Source: an uncultured Verrucomicrobiae bacterium (GTDB taxonomy: Bacteria > Verrucomicrobiota > Verrucomicrobiia > Limisphaerales > Palsa-1400). From it: a stretch of 64,000 bases of DNA. Below are positions 22,494-32,335 of this stretch, in pieces; the stretch's first letter is position 1; the number at the start of each line of letters is the position of its first letter. The position numbers and the translations under genes were made by a program. Where the stretch lies: positions 128,001-192,000 of the forward strand of contig CAVPOM010000003.1 of NCBI GenBank assembly GCA_963707025.1. The letters run 5' to 3'. A model generated the notes under the pieces. That model had not been told where the DNA came from. It searched no databases and saw only the letters and a list, made by a program, of their open reading frames with translations.

Positions 22494-23264
22494 TCATTTT
22501 GCATTCTGCATTCTGCATTCTTCCTTCCCCTCCGTCCTCTCCGCCACCTCAAACCGGAACATCCGCCCTTTCATCCACCGCACCGCCAGCAAATCATAAA
22601 ACGACGCAAACAGCCGGTTCCACACCCCATAATGGCTCTGCCCCGCAAACCGCGGATTGGTCGTCACCTCGATTTCCGTCACCGTGTGCCCTTCGATCTT
22701 GAAGAGCGTGGGCATAAACCGGTGCATCCCCTTGAAAAACTTCAAATTCCCGATGCACTCCCGTTTGAAGGCCCGATACCCGCAGCCCGAGTCGGCAATC
22801 TGTTCCCCGGACAACTTGTTCCGCACCCAGTTGGCGATGCGCGAGGAGGCCACCCGCACCCAATTATCCCCCGCCCGGCGCCCCTTGACCCGCGACCCGC
22901 ACACGCAGTCATAGTGCTTAAGCGCCTCCAAAAACTTCGGCAAATCCTTCGGATCATTCTGCAAATCCGCGTCCAGCGTCACGATATATTGCCCGCGCGC
23001 CGCCTTCATCCCGGCCCAGTTCGCCGCGCTTTCCCCGCAATTAAACGCCAGCTTTTGCCCCCGCACCCGCCGGTCTGCCGCCGCCAATTCCTTGAGGATC
23101 TCCCAGGATTTGTCCCGGCTGCCATCATCGGTGATGATGACCTCGTAAGCCAGTTGCAGCGGCTCCACCGCCGCGCGGATCGCCGCCAGCAGGGCCCGCA
23201 AATTGTCCTGCTCATTGTAGCAGGGAATGACCAGGCTCAGTATGGGAGTTTCGTGGGCTGACAT
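22494..23264 (-). CDS. Glycosyltransferase family 2 (polyprenol-phosphate glycosyltransferase, DPM/ArnC-like)
   Basis: IPCYNE, DDGSRD, TLDADLQNDP, DSGCGYRAF, MHRFMP. Confidence 0.92.
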   Translation of the reverse strand: MSAHETPILSLVIPCYNEQDNLRALLAAIRAAVEPLQLAYEVIITDDGSRDKSWEILKELAAADRRVRGQKLAFNCGESAANWAGMKAARGQYIVTLDADLQNDPKDLPKFLEALKHYDCVCGSRVKGRRAGDNWVRVASSRIANWVRNKLSGEQIADSGCGYRAFKRECIGNLKFFKGMHRFMPTLFKIEGHTVTEIEVTTNPRFAGQSHYGVWNRLFASFYDLLAVRWMKGRMFRFEVAERTEGKEECRMQNAK

Positions 23265-23434
23265 TCAAATTCGTCCGGCAGCGTCACCGCGCGATTTTGT
23301 TTCCTCGTGGCAATCATTCAGATGCCCCGATTCTGCCCGGAATTGCCGCCAAAAGAAAGCCAATTCCACCCTCAGTAAAGTGTCAGGGCACAACCCAAAG
23401 TTGTTCACGTCATCCGTCCCATTCCTCCCATTCT

Positions 23435-23650
23435 TCAAAAATCGAAACCAAACTCCTTTTTGACCGTCTCCCAATCCGTGCCGGCTTTTCCGGCGTTTCG
23501 CTTCCTGGCGCGGGCCAGTGCGCGGCGGTCATCCAAGTCCTCCAAAGCATCCCGCAAATCACGCAGCACCACTTTGGCATCGCGAATCTGGCGATCCAGA
23601 TCCGAACTTTTGGCCCGGCGGTTCTTGCATTTTATGGCGGTCGCGTTCAT
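23435..23650 (-). CDS. Putative antitoxin
   Basis: 71 aa, LEDLDDRRAL...DWETVKKEFG C-terminus of RelB-like type. ATGA-coupled to the toxin. Confidence 0.7.
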   Translation of the reverse strand: MNATAIKCKNRRAKSSDLDRQIRDAKVVLRDLRDALEDLDDRRALARARKRNAGKAGTDWETVKKEFGFDF

Positions 23651-23895
23651 CGGTAGATGTCTTTCCGTTGTCCAAGATCATAAACCACAATTCGGTTGCC
23701 AACAAGTTCAAACAACACACGCCAATTCCCGACCCGCAAGCGATATTCGTTCTTGCTTCCCCTGAGCTTTTTCACGTCGCCGGAAAATTCCTGCTGCAAA
23801 AGATGCAGGCGATAACCAATCTCACGCCGAATCTCCTCAGGCGCTTTTCTTAGCGCCCTTTTGGCATCGTCTTTGATTTCAATTTCGTGCCTCAT
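23647..23895 (-). CDS. RelE/ParE-family toxin
   Basis: 82 aa, basic, DVKKLRG..EYRLRVGNWRVLF...QRKDIY. Confidence 0.9.
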   Translation of the reverse strand: MRHEIEIKDDAKRALRKAPEEIRREIGYRLHLLQQEFSGDVKKLRGSKNEYRLRVGNWRVLFELVGNRIVVYDLGQRKDIYR

Positions 23896-23933
23896 CCCCT
23901 AATGTTTTCCTTGTTTGATTTGTTTGCGCGTCA

Positions 23934-25022
23934 TCATTTCTTCCCGTAAAACGCCCCAATCGCCTCGCACACCTGGTCCGCCGCGTCCAGCCCCATTTCG
24001 CCGTGAATCGGCAGCGACAAAATCTCCTTGACCGCCTGCTCCGTCTTCGGCAGGCGCGGCAGGTCGCTGAACCGGCCCGTGATGGCCGGCTGCTGATGGT
24101 TGGCCACCGGATAATGAATGCCCGTCTCCACCCCGTTCTCCCTGAGAAATTTCTGCAATTCGTCGCGCCGCTCCGCCCGCACCACATACATGTGATAGAC
24201 CGCCCTGGCCCAGGGCCGTTCCGGCGGCGTCCGCACCAGCCCCGCCAGGCGCTCGTGGTAGCGCGCGGCGATGCGGCGGCGGTTTTCGTTGAACCCGTCC
24301 AGGTGCTGCAGCATCACCCGCCCAATGGCGGCTTTAATTTCATCGAAGCGCACATTGAATCCGGCGAATTGGTGCAGGTACTTGTCCTTGCGCCCGTGGT
24401 TGCGCAGCATCCGCACCCGCTCCGCCAGCCCCGCGTCATTGGTGCAAAGGCAGCCGCCGTCCCCGAGCACCGTCAAATTCTTCGACGGGAAAAACGAGTA
24501 GCCCCCGGCCAGTCCCATCGAGCCGGCCCGTTTGCCCTTGTAAAGCGCCCCGTGCGCCTGCGCGCAATCCTCCAGCACCCAAAGTTGGCGCCGCGCGGCA
24601 ATGTCAATTATACGATCCAGGTCCGCCGGATGCCCGTAAAGATGGACCGGAATAATCCCCACCGTGCGGGACGTCACCGCCGCCTCAACCTGTCCGGCCT
24701 CCAGGCAAAACGTCTCGTCAATATCCACAAACACCGGTTTGGCCCCGCAATGGATCAGCGGTTCCATCGTGGGAAACGCCGTGTGCGACGGCACGATCAC
24801 CTCGTCCCCCGCCTTGAGTCCCTGCGTCAGGTGCATCATATACACGATCATCGTCCACGACGAACCCAGCACGCAGTGTTGCGTGCCGGCGTGCGCGGCC
24901 AGCTCCGCTTCAAACGCCTGGCATTCCTTGCCCAGGATGTATTGGCCGGAGCGCAGCGCCCGCAGCGCCGCCTCCTCCACTTCCCCGTTCACAAAACATT
25001 TCGACAGTGGAATTTTTTGCAT
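23934..25022 (-). CDS. DegT/DnrJ/EryC1/StrS PLP-dependent sugar aminotransferase
   Basis: PVHLYGHP, LEDCAQAHGA, SFFPSKNL (PLP Lys), GDGG, VYHMYV, GIHYP, LSLPI. Confidence 0.95.
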   Translation of the reverse strand: MQKIPLSKCFVNGEVEEAALRALRSGQYILGKECQAFEAELAAHAGTQHCVLGSSWTMIVYMMHLTQGLKAGDEVIVPSHTAFPTMEPLIHCGAKPVFVDIDETFCLEAGQVEAAVTSRTVGIIPVHLYGHPADLDRIIDIAARRQLWVLEDCAQAHGALYKGKRAGSMGLAGGYSFFPSKNLTVLGDGGCLCTNDAGLAERVRMLRNHGRKDKYLHQFAGFNVRFDEIKAAIGRVMLQHLDGFNENRRRIAARYHERLAGLVRTPPERPWARAVYHMYVVRAERRDELQKFLRENGVETGIHYPVANHQQPAITGRFSDLPRLPKTEQAVKEILSLPIHGEMGLDAADQVCEAIGAFYGKK

Positions 25023-25027
25023 AAATT

Positions 25028-26011
25028 TTATTTCAACTTCACGGCCTTTCCAGTCTGCGCGGATTGCAGGGCCGCGCCCAGCACCCGCACCGCCTCGTGT
25101 CCCGCCCAGCCGTCCGCCTGCGGCTTCTCCCGGCTCTGCGCCGATTTGACAAACGCCCGCAACTCCGCCAGCAACGGCTCCTCCGGCGCGCACTCGATCT
25201 GCCGCACCACTCCTTCCACCGCTTTGAATTCGTTGCCCTCGCGCGCGTGCCGGTTTTCATGCACCTTGATCTTATATTGGGCCGCGTTGTAATCACAAAC
25301 CGCGCTGCATTTCTCCCCCGCCACGATCACCTCGCGGAATTTTCCCGGATAAAAATAATCATTCTCCACCGTCGCCCAGGTCCGTCCCGCCGCCGTCTGG
25401 TATTCCAGCGACAAAAGCGAAACATCCTCCATGCCCCGCCCCAGGAAATCATGATGAATGGCCAGCACGCTCCGCGGCGTCGCCCCGAGGATATAATTGA
25501 ACAAATCAACAAAATGAATGCCGTCGGCGAACATCACCCCGCTGTCCTGGCGCGGCCGTTTGAACCCGCCGAAATGCCCGCGCAAGATGCGGACCCGCCC
25601 AAAAGTCCCCTCCCGCACCGCCTGGCGCAGCCATTGCGTCGCCGGATCAAATCGAAAAATATGGCCCACCTGCAGGATGCGCCCCGTTTGATCCGCCAGT
25701 TCCGCCAGTTGCCTCGATTCCTCCGGCAACAGAGCGAGCGGCTTTTCCACAAACACGTCCTTGCCCGCCTCCAGAAATTCACGGCACAGCGCAAAGTGGC
25801 TCGGCGCCGGCGTGGCGATCACCACCCCGTCCGCCTGCCCCGCCAACTTCTTGTAGTCGGTGCTCAGATGCGATTCGGCCATCCCCATTTGCCGCGCGCT
25901 TTCCAGCCTCTTCACGTCCAATTCGCTCACAAAAAGCTCCACCGGCAGCGCTTGCAGCACGCGCAAATGGTTCGCCCCCCACCGCCCGATCCCAATCAAC
26001 AATATTTTCAT
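25028..26011 (-). CDS. Gfo/Idh/MocA-family NAD-dependent sugar dehydrogenase (WbpB/GnnA-like context)
   Basis: IGIGRWG, VFVEKPLA, VGHIFRFDP, GIHFVD. Lies 5 bp upstream of the aminotransferase. Confidence 0.9.
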   Translation of the reverse strand: MKILLIGIGRWGANHLRVLQALPVELFVSELDVKRLESARQMGMAESHLSTDYKKLAGQADGVVIATPAPSHFALCREFLEAGKDVFVEKPLALLPEESRQLAELADQTGRILQVGHIFRFDPATQWLRQAVREGTFGRVRILRGHFGGFKRPRQDSGVMFADGIHFVDLFNYILGATPRSVLAIHHDFLGRGMEDVSLLSLEYQTAAGRTWATVENDYFYPGKFREVIVAGEKCSAVCDYNAAQYKIKVHENRHAREGNEFKAVEGVVRQIECAPEEPLLAELRAFVKSAQSREKPQADGWAGHEAVRVLGAALQSAQTGKAVKLK

Positions 26012-26027
26012 TTTTCGCCATTCATCA

Positions 26028-26230
26028 TTCACCATTCACCATTCACCATTCACCATTCACCATTCACCATTCACCATTCACCATTCACCATTCACCATTC
26101 ACCATTCACCATTCACCATTCACCATTCACCATTCACCATTCACCATTCACCATTCACCATTCACCATTCACCATTCACCATTCACCATTCACCATTCAC
26201 CATTCACCATTCACCATTCACCATTCACCA
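26028..26230. repeat. Perfect heptamer tandem repeat (TTCACCA)x29
   Basis: 203 bp = 29 identical units, preceded by one variant unit TTCATCA. Confidence 0.97.
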
Positions 26231-26240
26231 TTCCTGATGC

Positions 26241-27929
26241 TCACGGCTTGGCCGGCAGCATCGCGTCCCGGCGCGCCTTGAATTCCGACCCCGCCTTCCA
26301 TTGCGGCCATTCTCCGCCCAGGGCCAGCGCGTTTCCCTCCTCGAAAAGCAACCGGATGTCCTCCACCGCCCCCGACAAATCCCAATCCGCTTTGATCTTG
26401 TCGCTCGGTTTGTGGTAATCGTTGGCTATGTAATAATCCCGCTTCTGCATCCCGTAACCGAAGGGCCGGCCGATGAAATCCACGCCGGCTTCAATGTAAA
26501 GCGCCGGCACACCCGCTTTGGCGAACTCAAAATGGTCCGACCGGAAATAGAAGCCTTTCTCCGGCGTGGCCTCCGGGACCAGCCGCCGGCCCTGCCCCTC
26601 CGCCAGCCCTTGCAGCGTGTCCTCCAGCGTGGACTGGCCCACCCCGACCACCTCGACATCGCGCGTGCGGCCCCAGACGTTAATGCCGTCAATATTAAAA
26701 TTCGCCAGCGTCCGCTCCAGCGGATAAAGCGGGTGCTCCGCGTAATACTTCGACCCCAGCAGCCCCTTCTCCTCCGCCGTCACGGAGAGAAACAGCACCG
26801 TCCGTTTCGGTTTCGGCTCCGCGCGCCTGAATGCCCCGGCCAGCTCCAGCAGCGCCGCGCTCCCGGACGCGTTGTCCACCGCGCCGCTGTAAACCTGCTC
26901 CCCTGCCAGTTTGGGGTCCCGCCCGAGATGGTCCCAGTGCGCCGTGTACACAATATATTCGTTCTTCAGCCGCGGGTCCGCCCCTTCCACCTTGGCGATG
27001 ACGTTGCGCGAGTCAATTTCCCGCAGCGTGTTCGTCACACCCAGGGCCACCTGGCAGGCCAGGGTCACCGGGCGGAAATCGCGCCGCGCCGCCGCCGCTT
27101 TCAACTCCTCGAATTTCTGGCCGCAGGCCGCGCACAGCTTCCGCGTGGCCTCGGCCGTGAGCCATCCCTCAATCGGAACGCGCCCGGCGTTTTTGTCCGG
27201 CGTTTGCAGGTCGAAATTCTCCCGGCTGAAGCTCCCCAGAATCACCACCCACGGATAACCCGCCGGCCCGGTTTCATGCACGATAATCGCCGCTTTGGCC
27301 CCCTTCTGCGTGGCGATTTCGTACTTGTAAGTCCAGCGCCCGTAATACGTCATCGCCTTGCCCTTGAACATTTTCTCGTCCAGCTTCGACGGGTCGTTTG
27401 GATCCGGCACCTGCGGATCGTTGATCAGCATGAGTATGGTCTTGCCCCGCACATCCACGTCCTTGTAATCGTCCCAGCCATACTCCGGCGCGACCACCCC
27501 GTAGCCGACAAACACCAGCTCCGAACTCTCCGTGCGCACCTCGGGCACATAGCGCCGCGAAGAAATCACGCAATCCCGCGGAAACACAAAATCCAGCGTC
27601 TGCCCGCCCGCGGAAAACGAAACACCCGCCCGCGCCTGGATGCCGGCCAGCGGCACGTTCTGCAGATAAGTCCCGTCCGGGTTGCCCGGTGCCAGCCCCA
27701 GTTTCTTGTACTCGTTCTGGAGATAATCCACCGTCAGCCTTTCCCCCTCCGTCCCCGGCGCGCGCCCCTCGAACTGCTCCGACGCCAGCACGCGGATGTG
27801 CTGGAGGATTCCGTTGGTTGTGATGCTTGACAGCGCCGCCTCCTGGGCGCGCGGTGCGAACCCGCCCGCCAAAAGGCAGCAAGCGACCCCCGCCGCGCGC
27901 AGTTTGGACCCGGCACATCGAATGTTCAT
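26241..27929 (-). CDS. Secreted M28-family metallopeptidase with PA domain
   Basis: Signal peptide, [58 protein letters not shown]. Confidence 0.94.
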   Translation of the reverse strand: MNIRCAGSKLRAAGVACCLLAGGFAPRAQEAALSSITTNGILQHIRVLASEQFEGRAPGTEGERLTVDYLQNEYKKLGLAPGNPDGTYLQNVPLAGIQARAGVSFSAGGQTLDFVFPRDCVISSRRYVPEVRTESSELVFVGYGVVAPEYGWDDYKDVDVRGKTILMLINDPQVPDPNDPSKLDEKMFKGKAMTYYGRWTYKYEIATQKGAKAAIIVHETGPAGYPWVVILGSFSRENFDLQTPDKNAGRVPIEGWLTAEATRKLCAACGQKFEELKAAAARRDFRPVTLACQVALGVTNTLREIDSRNVIAKVEGADPRLKNEYIVYTAHWDHLGRDPKLAGEQVYSGAVDNASGSAALLELAGAFRRAEPKPKRTVLFLSVTAEEKGLLGSKYYAEHPLYPLERTLANFNIDGINVWGRTRDVEVVGVGQSTLEDTLQGLAEGQGRRLVPEATPEKGFYFRSDHFEFAKAGVPALYIEAGVDFIGRPFGYGMQKRDYYIANDYHKPSDKIKADWDLSGAVEDIRLLFEEGNALALGGEWPQWKAGSEFKARRDAMLPAKP

Positions 27930-28134
27930 GCGCCCGAATCTATCCAAACCCTCCGCCTCAACAAAGCCAATTCACTCTACGCCGTGAGCCATTGAACAGC
28001 GACCCCCTACCCATCCCTCTCCTCCACACCCTTGTGGAAGGCCGGGGAGAGGAGGCTTGGTGAACATGCCGTGCTCGTCGCTAATGCTCTCGTGCTCAAT
28101 TTGCCGCCCGATTCGTTCACGACAAGACTAATCC

Positions 28135-28389
28135 TCACTTGATCAAGCCTTCATATTCGTCGTGAGAACCGATCCAGAACCATTCAATCTTGTCTCCGCT
28201 CCAAGTGGCCAAAGCGCGATGGGTGCTGCCGACGCGGGCAGACCAAAAATCGTTCACCTTCTTAAAATGCAGCGATGGATGGGCGGGGTCATGAAGCCAG
28301 AGCTTGAAATTTTTCCGGGCGAGCCGCTGAGTTTCGGGAGGAAGACTCCTGAAGCGGTTACGAAAGCTTTTCGTTGTCGAGGAATTCAT
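28135..28389 (-). CDS. ParE/RelE-like toxin
   Basis: 84 aa, DPAHPSLHFKKV...WSARVG..HRALA...WFWIGSHDEY. Confidence 0.85.
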   Translation of the reverse strand: MNSSTTKSFRNRFRSLPPETQRLARKNFKLWLHDPAHPSLHFKKVNDFWSARVGSTHRALATWSGDKIEWFWIGSHDEYEGLIK

Positions 28390-28588
28390 CGAGCGGGACA
28401 TTGGACTGGCCCTGGTTTTCTGCTTGCAGCCGCTCGTACAGTTCGCGCAACTTGCCGCTTTGGGCATCTTCCTCGATCTGCCGGTCCCACTGGCGGTTTC
28501 GTTCGGCGTCGAACCAACGCTCCAATTCTACAAACTCCCCAGGGGGAAGTTTGGCAATGGCCTGTTCGATTTCGGCAACGGAACTCAT
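28358..28588 (-). CDS. Putative antitoxin
   Basis: 76 aa, acidic, MSSVAEIEQAIAKLP...WDRQIEEDAQSGKL. Overlaps the toxin gene. Confidence 0.8.
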   Translation of the reverse strand: MSSVAEIEQAIAKLPPGEFVELERWFDAERNRQWDRQIEEDAQSGKLRELYERLQAENQGQSNVPLDEFLDNEKLS

Positions 28589-28650
28589 GGGTAAAGTATA
28601 ACTCAGCACACGCGGCCAATGCAAGCCGGCTCAACGGGCTTTTTGATTTC

Positions 28651-28992
28651 CTACCCAAAAAACTTCTCAATCACTGCTTGGATTCCCATGAAAGGAAGCA
28701 CGACGGCGAAATACCGAATCAGCAGAGGAAACCTGCCAACGAACCGGAAAAAGGCAATCCGCGATTCGTTCCCGGTCCGTGGTAAGAGAACGAGCAAAGC
28801 CAAAACAAAAAGGATGACCGGCAATGCGGTTTCGAGTGAGGCGATCGTCCTATGACCTGCCATCCGCAACTGAGCGCCGCGTGGCAAGGCCTCATCGGCT
28901 AAAACGAAGGTCATAACGAAGGACAGCAGGGGAGCGCAGAGGTTGTGTTCCCTTGCTGTTAATCTTCGCAGTCGGAAGGCCATAGTGGTCAA
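28651..28992 (-). CDS. Small hypothetical membrane protein
   Basis: 113 aa with three hydrophobic stretches; no recognisable motif. Confidence 0.45.
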   Translation of the reverse strand: MTTMAFRLRRLTAREHNLCAPLLSFVMTFVLADEALPRGAQLRMAGHRTIASLETALPVILFVLALLVLLPRTGNESRIAFFRFVGRFPLLIRYFAVVLPFMGIQAVIEKFFG

Positions 28993-29079
28993 CCTTTATC
29001 AAACTACAGCATTGCCAATTGGTTACGCTTTCCCGTGTGCCTCAAATCTTCACATTTCACCATTCAAAATTCACCATTC

Positions 29080-30162
29080 TCAATTCAGCAGCCGGTACCA
29101 ATTGTCCCGCTGATGCGGCTCGTAGCCCGCGTCCCGGATCAGCCGCTGCATGTCCGCCACGCTCATGCGATGCGTCGTCCCCGCCTGCGACACCACATTC
29201 TCCTCGATCATGATGCTGCCCAGGTCGTTGGCCCCGAATTTGAGCGCCACCTGCCCGATCTCCGGCCCTTGCGTCACCCACGAGCTTTGGATGTTGGCAA
29301 TGTTATCCAGATAAATCCGGTTCACCGCCTGCGTGCGCAAATAATCATGCCCTCCCAACGTCGGCGCCTTCAACCGCGTGTGCTCCGCCTGAAACGTCCA
29401 CGCGATAAACGCCGTGAACCCCTTGGTTTTGTCCTGCTGCGCCCGCACCCGTTCCAGATGTTCGATCCGGTCCTCCAGCGTTTCCACATGCCCGAACATC
29501 ATCGTCGCCGTGGTCGCCAGCCCCAGCCGGTGCGCCGCGTCCATCACCCCCAGCCAGTCGTCGCTCATCGCCTTCAGCGGCGAAATCCGCTGCCGCACCC
29601 GGTCCACCAAAATCTCCCCGCCCCCGCCCGGAATCGAGCCTAGCCCGGCCTTGACGAACTGCGCCATAATCTCCTCCACCGGCATTTGGAAAACTTCTCT
29701 GAAATGAATAAACTCGCTCGGACTGAACCCGTGGATGTTCACCTGCGGGAACTTCGCTTTGATGTGCGCCAGCAAGTCCAGGTACCATTGCAGCGAAAGC
29801 TTGGGGTGATGCCCCCCCTGCATCAGAATCTGCGTTCCTCCCAGCGCCAGCGTCTCCTCGATCTTCCGGTCCATTTCCTCCAAGGTGATGACATAGGCGT
29901 CGGCCTCCCTTTCCGTGCGGTAGAAAGCGCAGAATTTGCAATACACGTTGCAGACATTCGTATAATTGACGTTCCGGTCCACGATATAAGTCACGATGTC
30001 GTTGCCCCGGCCCTCGTGCCTTTGGGCCTGGGCCAGTTGCCGCCGCCGGTCGGCCAGCGCCCCCAGTTCCTCCAGCGGCAGGCCATAAAGCCGCCGGGCC
30101 TCCGCCTGGTCAATCCGTTCCCCCGCCCAGACCTTCTGCAACAAATCTGCGTCATCACTCAT
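29080..30162 (-). CDS. mqnC: Cyclic dehypoxanthinyl futalosine synthase (radical SAM)
   Basis: YIVDRNVNYTNVCNVYCKFCAFYR, ILMQGGHHP, SIPGGGGEIL, IQSSWVTQG, GSIMIEENVV. Confidence 0.95.
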   Translation of the reverse strand: MSDDADLLQKVWAGERIDQAEARRLYGLPLEELGALADRRRQLAQAQRHEGRGNDIVTYIVDRNVNYTNVCNVYCKFCAFYRTEREADAYVITLEEMDRKIEETLALGGTQILMQGGHHPKLSLQWYLDLLAHIKAKFPQVNIHGFSPSEFIHFREVFQMPVEEIMAQFVKAGLGSIPGGGGEILVDRVRQRISPLKAMSDDWLGVMDAAHRLGLATTATMMFGHVETLEDRIEHLERVRAQQDKTKGFTAFIAWTFQAEHTRLKAPTLGGHDYLRTQAVNRIYLDNIANIQSSWVTQGPEIGQVALKFGANDLGSIMIEENVVSQAGTTHRMSVADMQRLIRDAGYEPHQRDNWYRLLN

Positions 30163-30231
30163 GCTCCATCAGTCTAAAGCCAACCCCCGAAACTTCAACC
30201 CTCCATCGCTCCCCCACATTACCCATGCGGC

Positions 30232-31017
30232 TTACTTGATCCACTGCGGCCGGCCCAGAATTGCGGCGAAATCTTTGTCCCAAAGGTAGTCCCACAGGGC
30301 GGCAGGCCCATCCAGGGAATGGGCGCGTTGAAAACGGAGCAACATCCAGGCGCCGCCGCGATAGCGGTCGTCGGGGTGAGCCTCTTGCAGCGACTGACTC
30401 CAGCGCCGCGCCGCCTCCGGCATGCCCATGTTCAAAAGCAGGCAATAGCGCTCGTAATCGCACATGCCTTCGCCCCAAACCTGTTTGACGCGCTGAAATG
30501 CCGGATGCTCATGCCAGAAGTCGTGGCTTAATTCGTGGGCCAGCCAGCCGAACCAATCCTCGCTGCCGGCGGGTGGGTTTTTCAGGTCTCTCAGGCCGAT
30601 GCTGGGCCGCTTGCCGCCAAAGTCAAAATCGCCAGACCCGTTGTGGATGAAGATGAGCCGGATGTTCTCGCCATTGCGCCGGGCATAATGTTCGTTTGGG
30701 TCGAAGCGCGTCCAGCGCGCGCTAAAGCGGAAGGCCGTCTCCAGCCAGTCCGCCATTTCCTCCGGGTTGTGGACCTGCGACTCCGCGTACCACTGAGGTT
30801 TGAGATTATCGGGCCAGACCAGAACGATGTGCTCCCGCATAATGACCGCGGCCGGTTCGCGCGCCGTCGCCGCCACGGCTTGCTCCCTGGGGCCAAGCCG
30901 GTCGCTGGCGGGGCTGGCTGCGGCCGAACAGGACAGGACGGCGAATCCGAGCCATGCGACAACCCGAAGCGGGGCCTGCCAAATCGGTTCTGGTGCGAGG
31001 GTGCCGGTCATGATCAA
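30232..31017 (-). CDS. Putative secreted zinc metallopeptidase-like protein
   Basis: Hydrophobic N-terminus; HELSH (HExxH) followed by WGEGMCDY. Confidence 0.6.
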   Translation of the reverse strand: MIMTGTLAPEPIWQAPLRVVAWLGFAVLSCSAAASPASDRLGPREQAVAATAREPAAVIMREHIVLVWPDNLKPQWYAESQVHNPEEMADWLETAFRFSARWTRFDPNEHYARRNGENIRLIFIHNGSGDFDFGGKRPSIGLRDLKNPPAGSEDWFGWLAHELSHDFWHEHPAFQRVKQVWGEGMCDYERYCLLLNMGMPEAARRWSQSLQEAHPDDRYRGGAWMLLRFQRAHSLDGPAALWDYLWDKDFAAILGRPQWIK

Positions 31018-31114
31018 TAAAACTTGCCCTTAAATTACAACCGCCGGTTCACCTGCTGAAACACAAAAATCCAATCCCGCCGGGCGGCCTTCGTCCCATC
31101 CATCTGCATTTTCA

Positions 31115-31195
31115 AACCGGCCACTCCGGGGTGCTTTATTCACATCAGGCTTCTTGATGCAAGCAAGGGGCTTTTCAATTTCTTCATCTCTGCTG
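31115..31195. repeat. ~80-bp direct repeat, copy A (truncated IS21-like end/MITE-like)
   Basis: Aligns by eye with 32521-32601: AACCGGCCACTC...TTTATTCA.ATCAGG...GCAAGGGGCTTTTCAA...TCTGCTG. Confidence 0.75.
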
Positions 31196-31323
31196 CCGCA
31201 GCATAATCTCCTTCGGTTTCAATGGCTCGATGCGGCTCCACCAAACTGCTCAGCGACGCGCCTGCGATGGCTCCTCATTGGCCCGTTGTCAGAAACTCGA
31301 CCATCAAGTTCTGACAAACGCGG

Positions 31324-31764
31324 CTACAGCAAATCGGGATGATGCTTTTTCAGCCACGCATCAACTTCAAGGGAAAGACCTGTGGCGTGAAAAAGAAGTT
31401 CCTCCGCCTCGGTATTGCTGACGACATTGGCCTGCTCGTAAAGAAAATGGTTCCGCTTTCTGCGACAGGCATCAAAATAAACAGCCTTTTTGGCGAAGGC
31501 CGGATCAGCCGCTTTCAGGGCTAAAAAAGTATTGTAATGCCCGCCACCGTCGCTTTTGACCCGGTATCCGCTGGCGCGAACAACGATGTTGGCGAGGATT
31601 CTGGCGGCGTCATAGGCGTGGCCAAAGCGCCCATCGTCGGACAGTTTCCTGATTTGCGCGTCGGCGAGATTTCGGTGGACGACCGCCCGCAAGTCCTTAA
31701 TCTCGGCGCGGCTTGCCGGCTCCGCCGTCACGCGATTCTCGGCCAGCAATTGTTTCCAAGTCAC
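31324..31764 (-). CDS. HEPN-domain protein (putative toxin of an MNT-HEPN pair)
   Basis: Helical, with AYDAA, GYRVK..GGHY and RRKRNHFLYE. Downstream of and overlapping the MNT gene. Confidence 0.75.
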   Translation of the reverse strand: MTWKQLLAENRVTAEPASRAEIKDLRAVVHRNLADAQIRKLSDDGRFGHAYDAARILANIVVRASGYRVKSDGGGHYNTFLALKAADPAFAKKAVYFDACRRKRNHFLYEQANVVSNTEAEELLFHATGLSLEVDAWLKKHHPDLL

Positions 31765-32335
31765 TCTTCATTCCTAAAACAAAAAGCAGCGGCTTGCCAA
31801 TCACAGACTGCAGAAAATGGCTGGTGCGGGCTTTTTGCGAGAATTCCCCCGGGGTGTAGAGGGTCGGGTTTATCTGCCGCCGCAATTTCCCTGTGGCCTC
31901 TTGCAGCAGGGGAACCAATTCGATCATGGTGACGGAACCGATGATGAGCAAATCAATGTCGCTGCCGGACGTTTCCGTGCCGCTGGCAATCGAGCCATAA
32001 ACCACCGCCACTTTGATTTTGGAGGCGAGCGGGGCGAGTTCGCCCTGCAGGACATCAACCAAACCCGACGTTTTGATCAACAGGGCGCGCAGTTCGGGGA
32101 AAACTGGGCATTCCTCGTTCGCTTGAAAATAGGCGCGGTTTCCACTTCGGGACATTTTAAGGATGCCAGCCTCCGTATATTTTGCCAGATCCCGTTGCAA
32201 GCTGGATGGCCTCACGCCAAAACGGTTCGCCAGTTCCGTCGCATAAACCGGCTGATGCGAATTCAAAAGCAGGGCGGACAGCAGCCTTTGCTGGGTGCTG
32301 GAAAAAAGAGCGCTGGCGATGGAAGATTTACGCAT
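31697..32335 (-). CDS. HTH-fused minimal nucleotidyltransferase (MNT antitoxin)
   Basis: N-terminal wHTH (ELANRFGVRPSSLQRDL); YGSIASG...SDIDLLIIG nucleotidyltransferase motif. Confidence 0.9.
   Translation of the reverse strand: MRKSSIASALFSSTQQRLLSALLLNSHQPVYATELANRFGVRPSSLQRDLAKYTEAGILKMSRSGNRAYFQANEECPVFPELRALLIKTSGLVDVLQGELAPLASKIKVAVVYGSIASGTETSGSDIDLLIIGSVTMIELVPLLQEATGKLRRQINPTLYTPGEFSQKARTSHFLQSVIGKPLLFVLGMKSDLETIAGRESRDGGAGKPRRD

Noticed and set aside
21650..22520. Pyrimidine-rich degenerate repeats at ~21650-21725 and ~22495-22520 as terminators
   Set aside because: Low-complexity short tandem repeats with no stem-loop plus U-tract.
26028..26230. CRISPR array, or the (SPFTIHH)n ORFs as real proteins
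   Set aside because: No unique spacers and no cas genes; the ORFs are antisense translations of a simple repeat.
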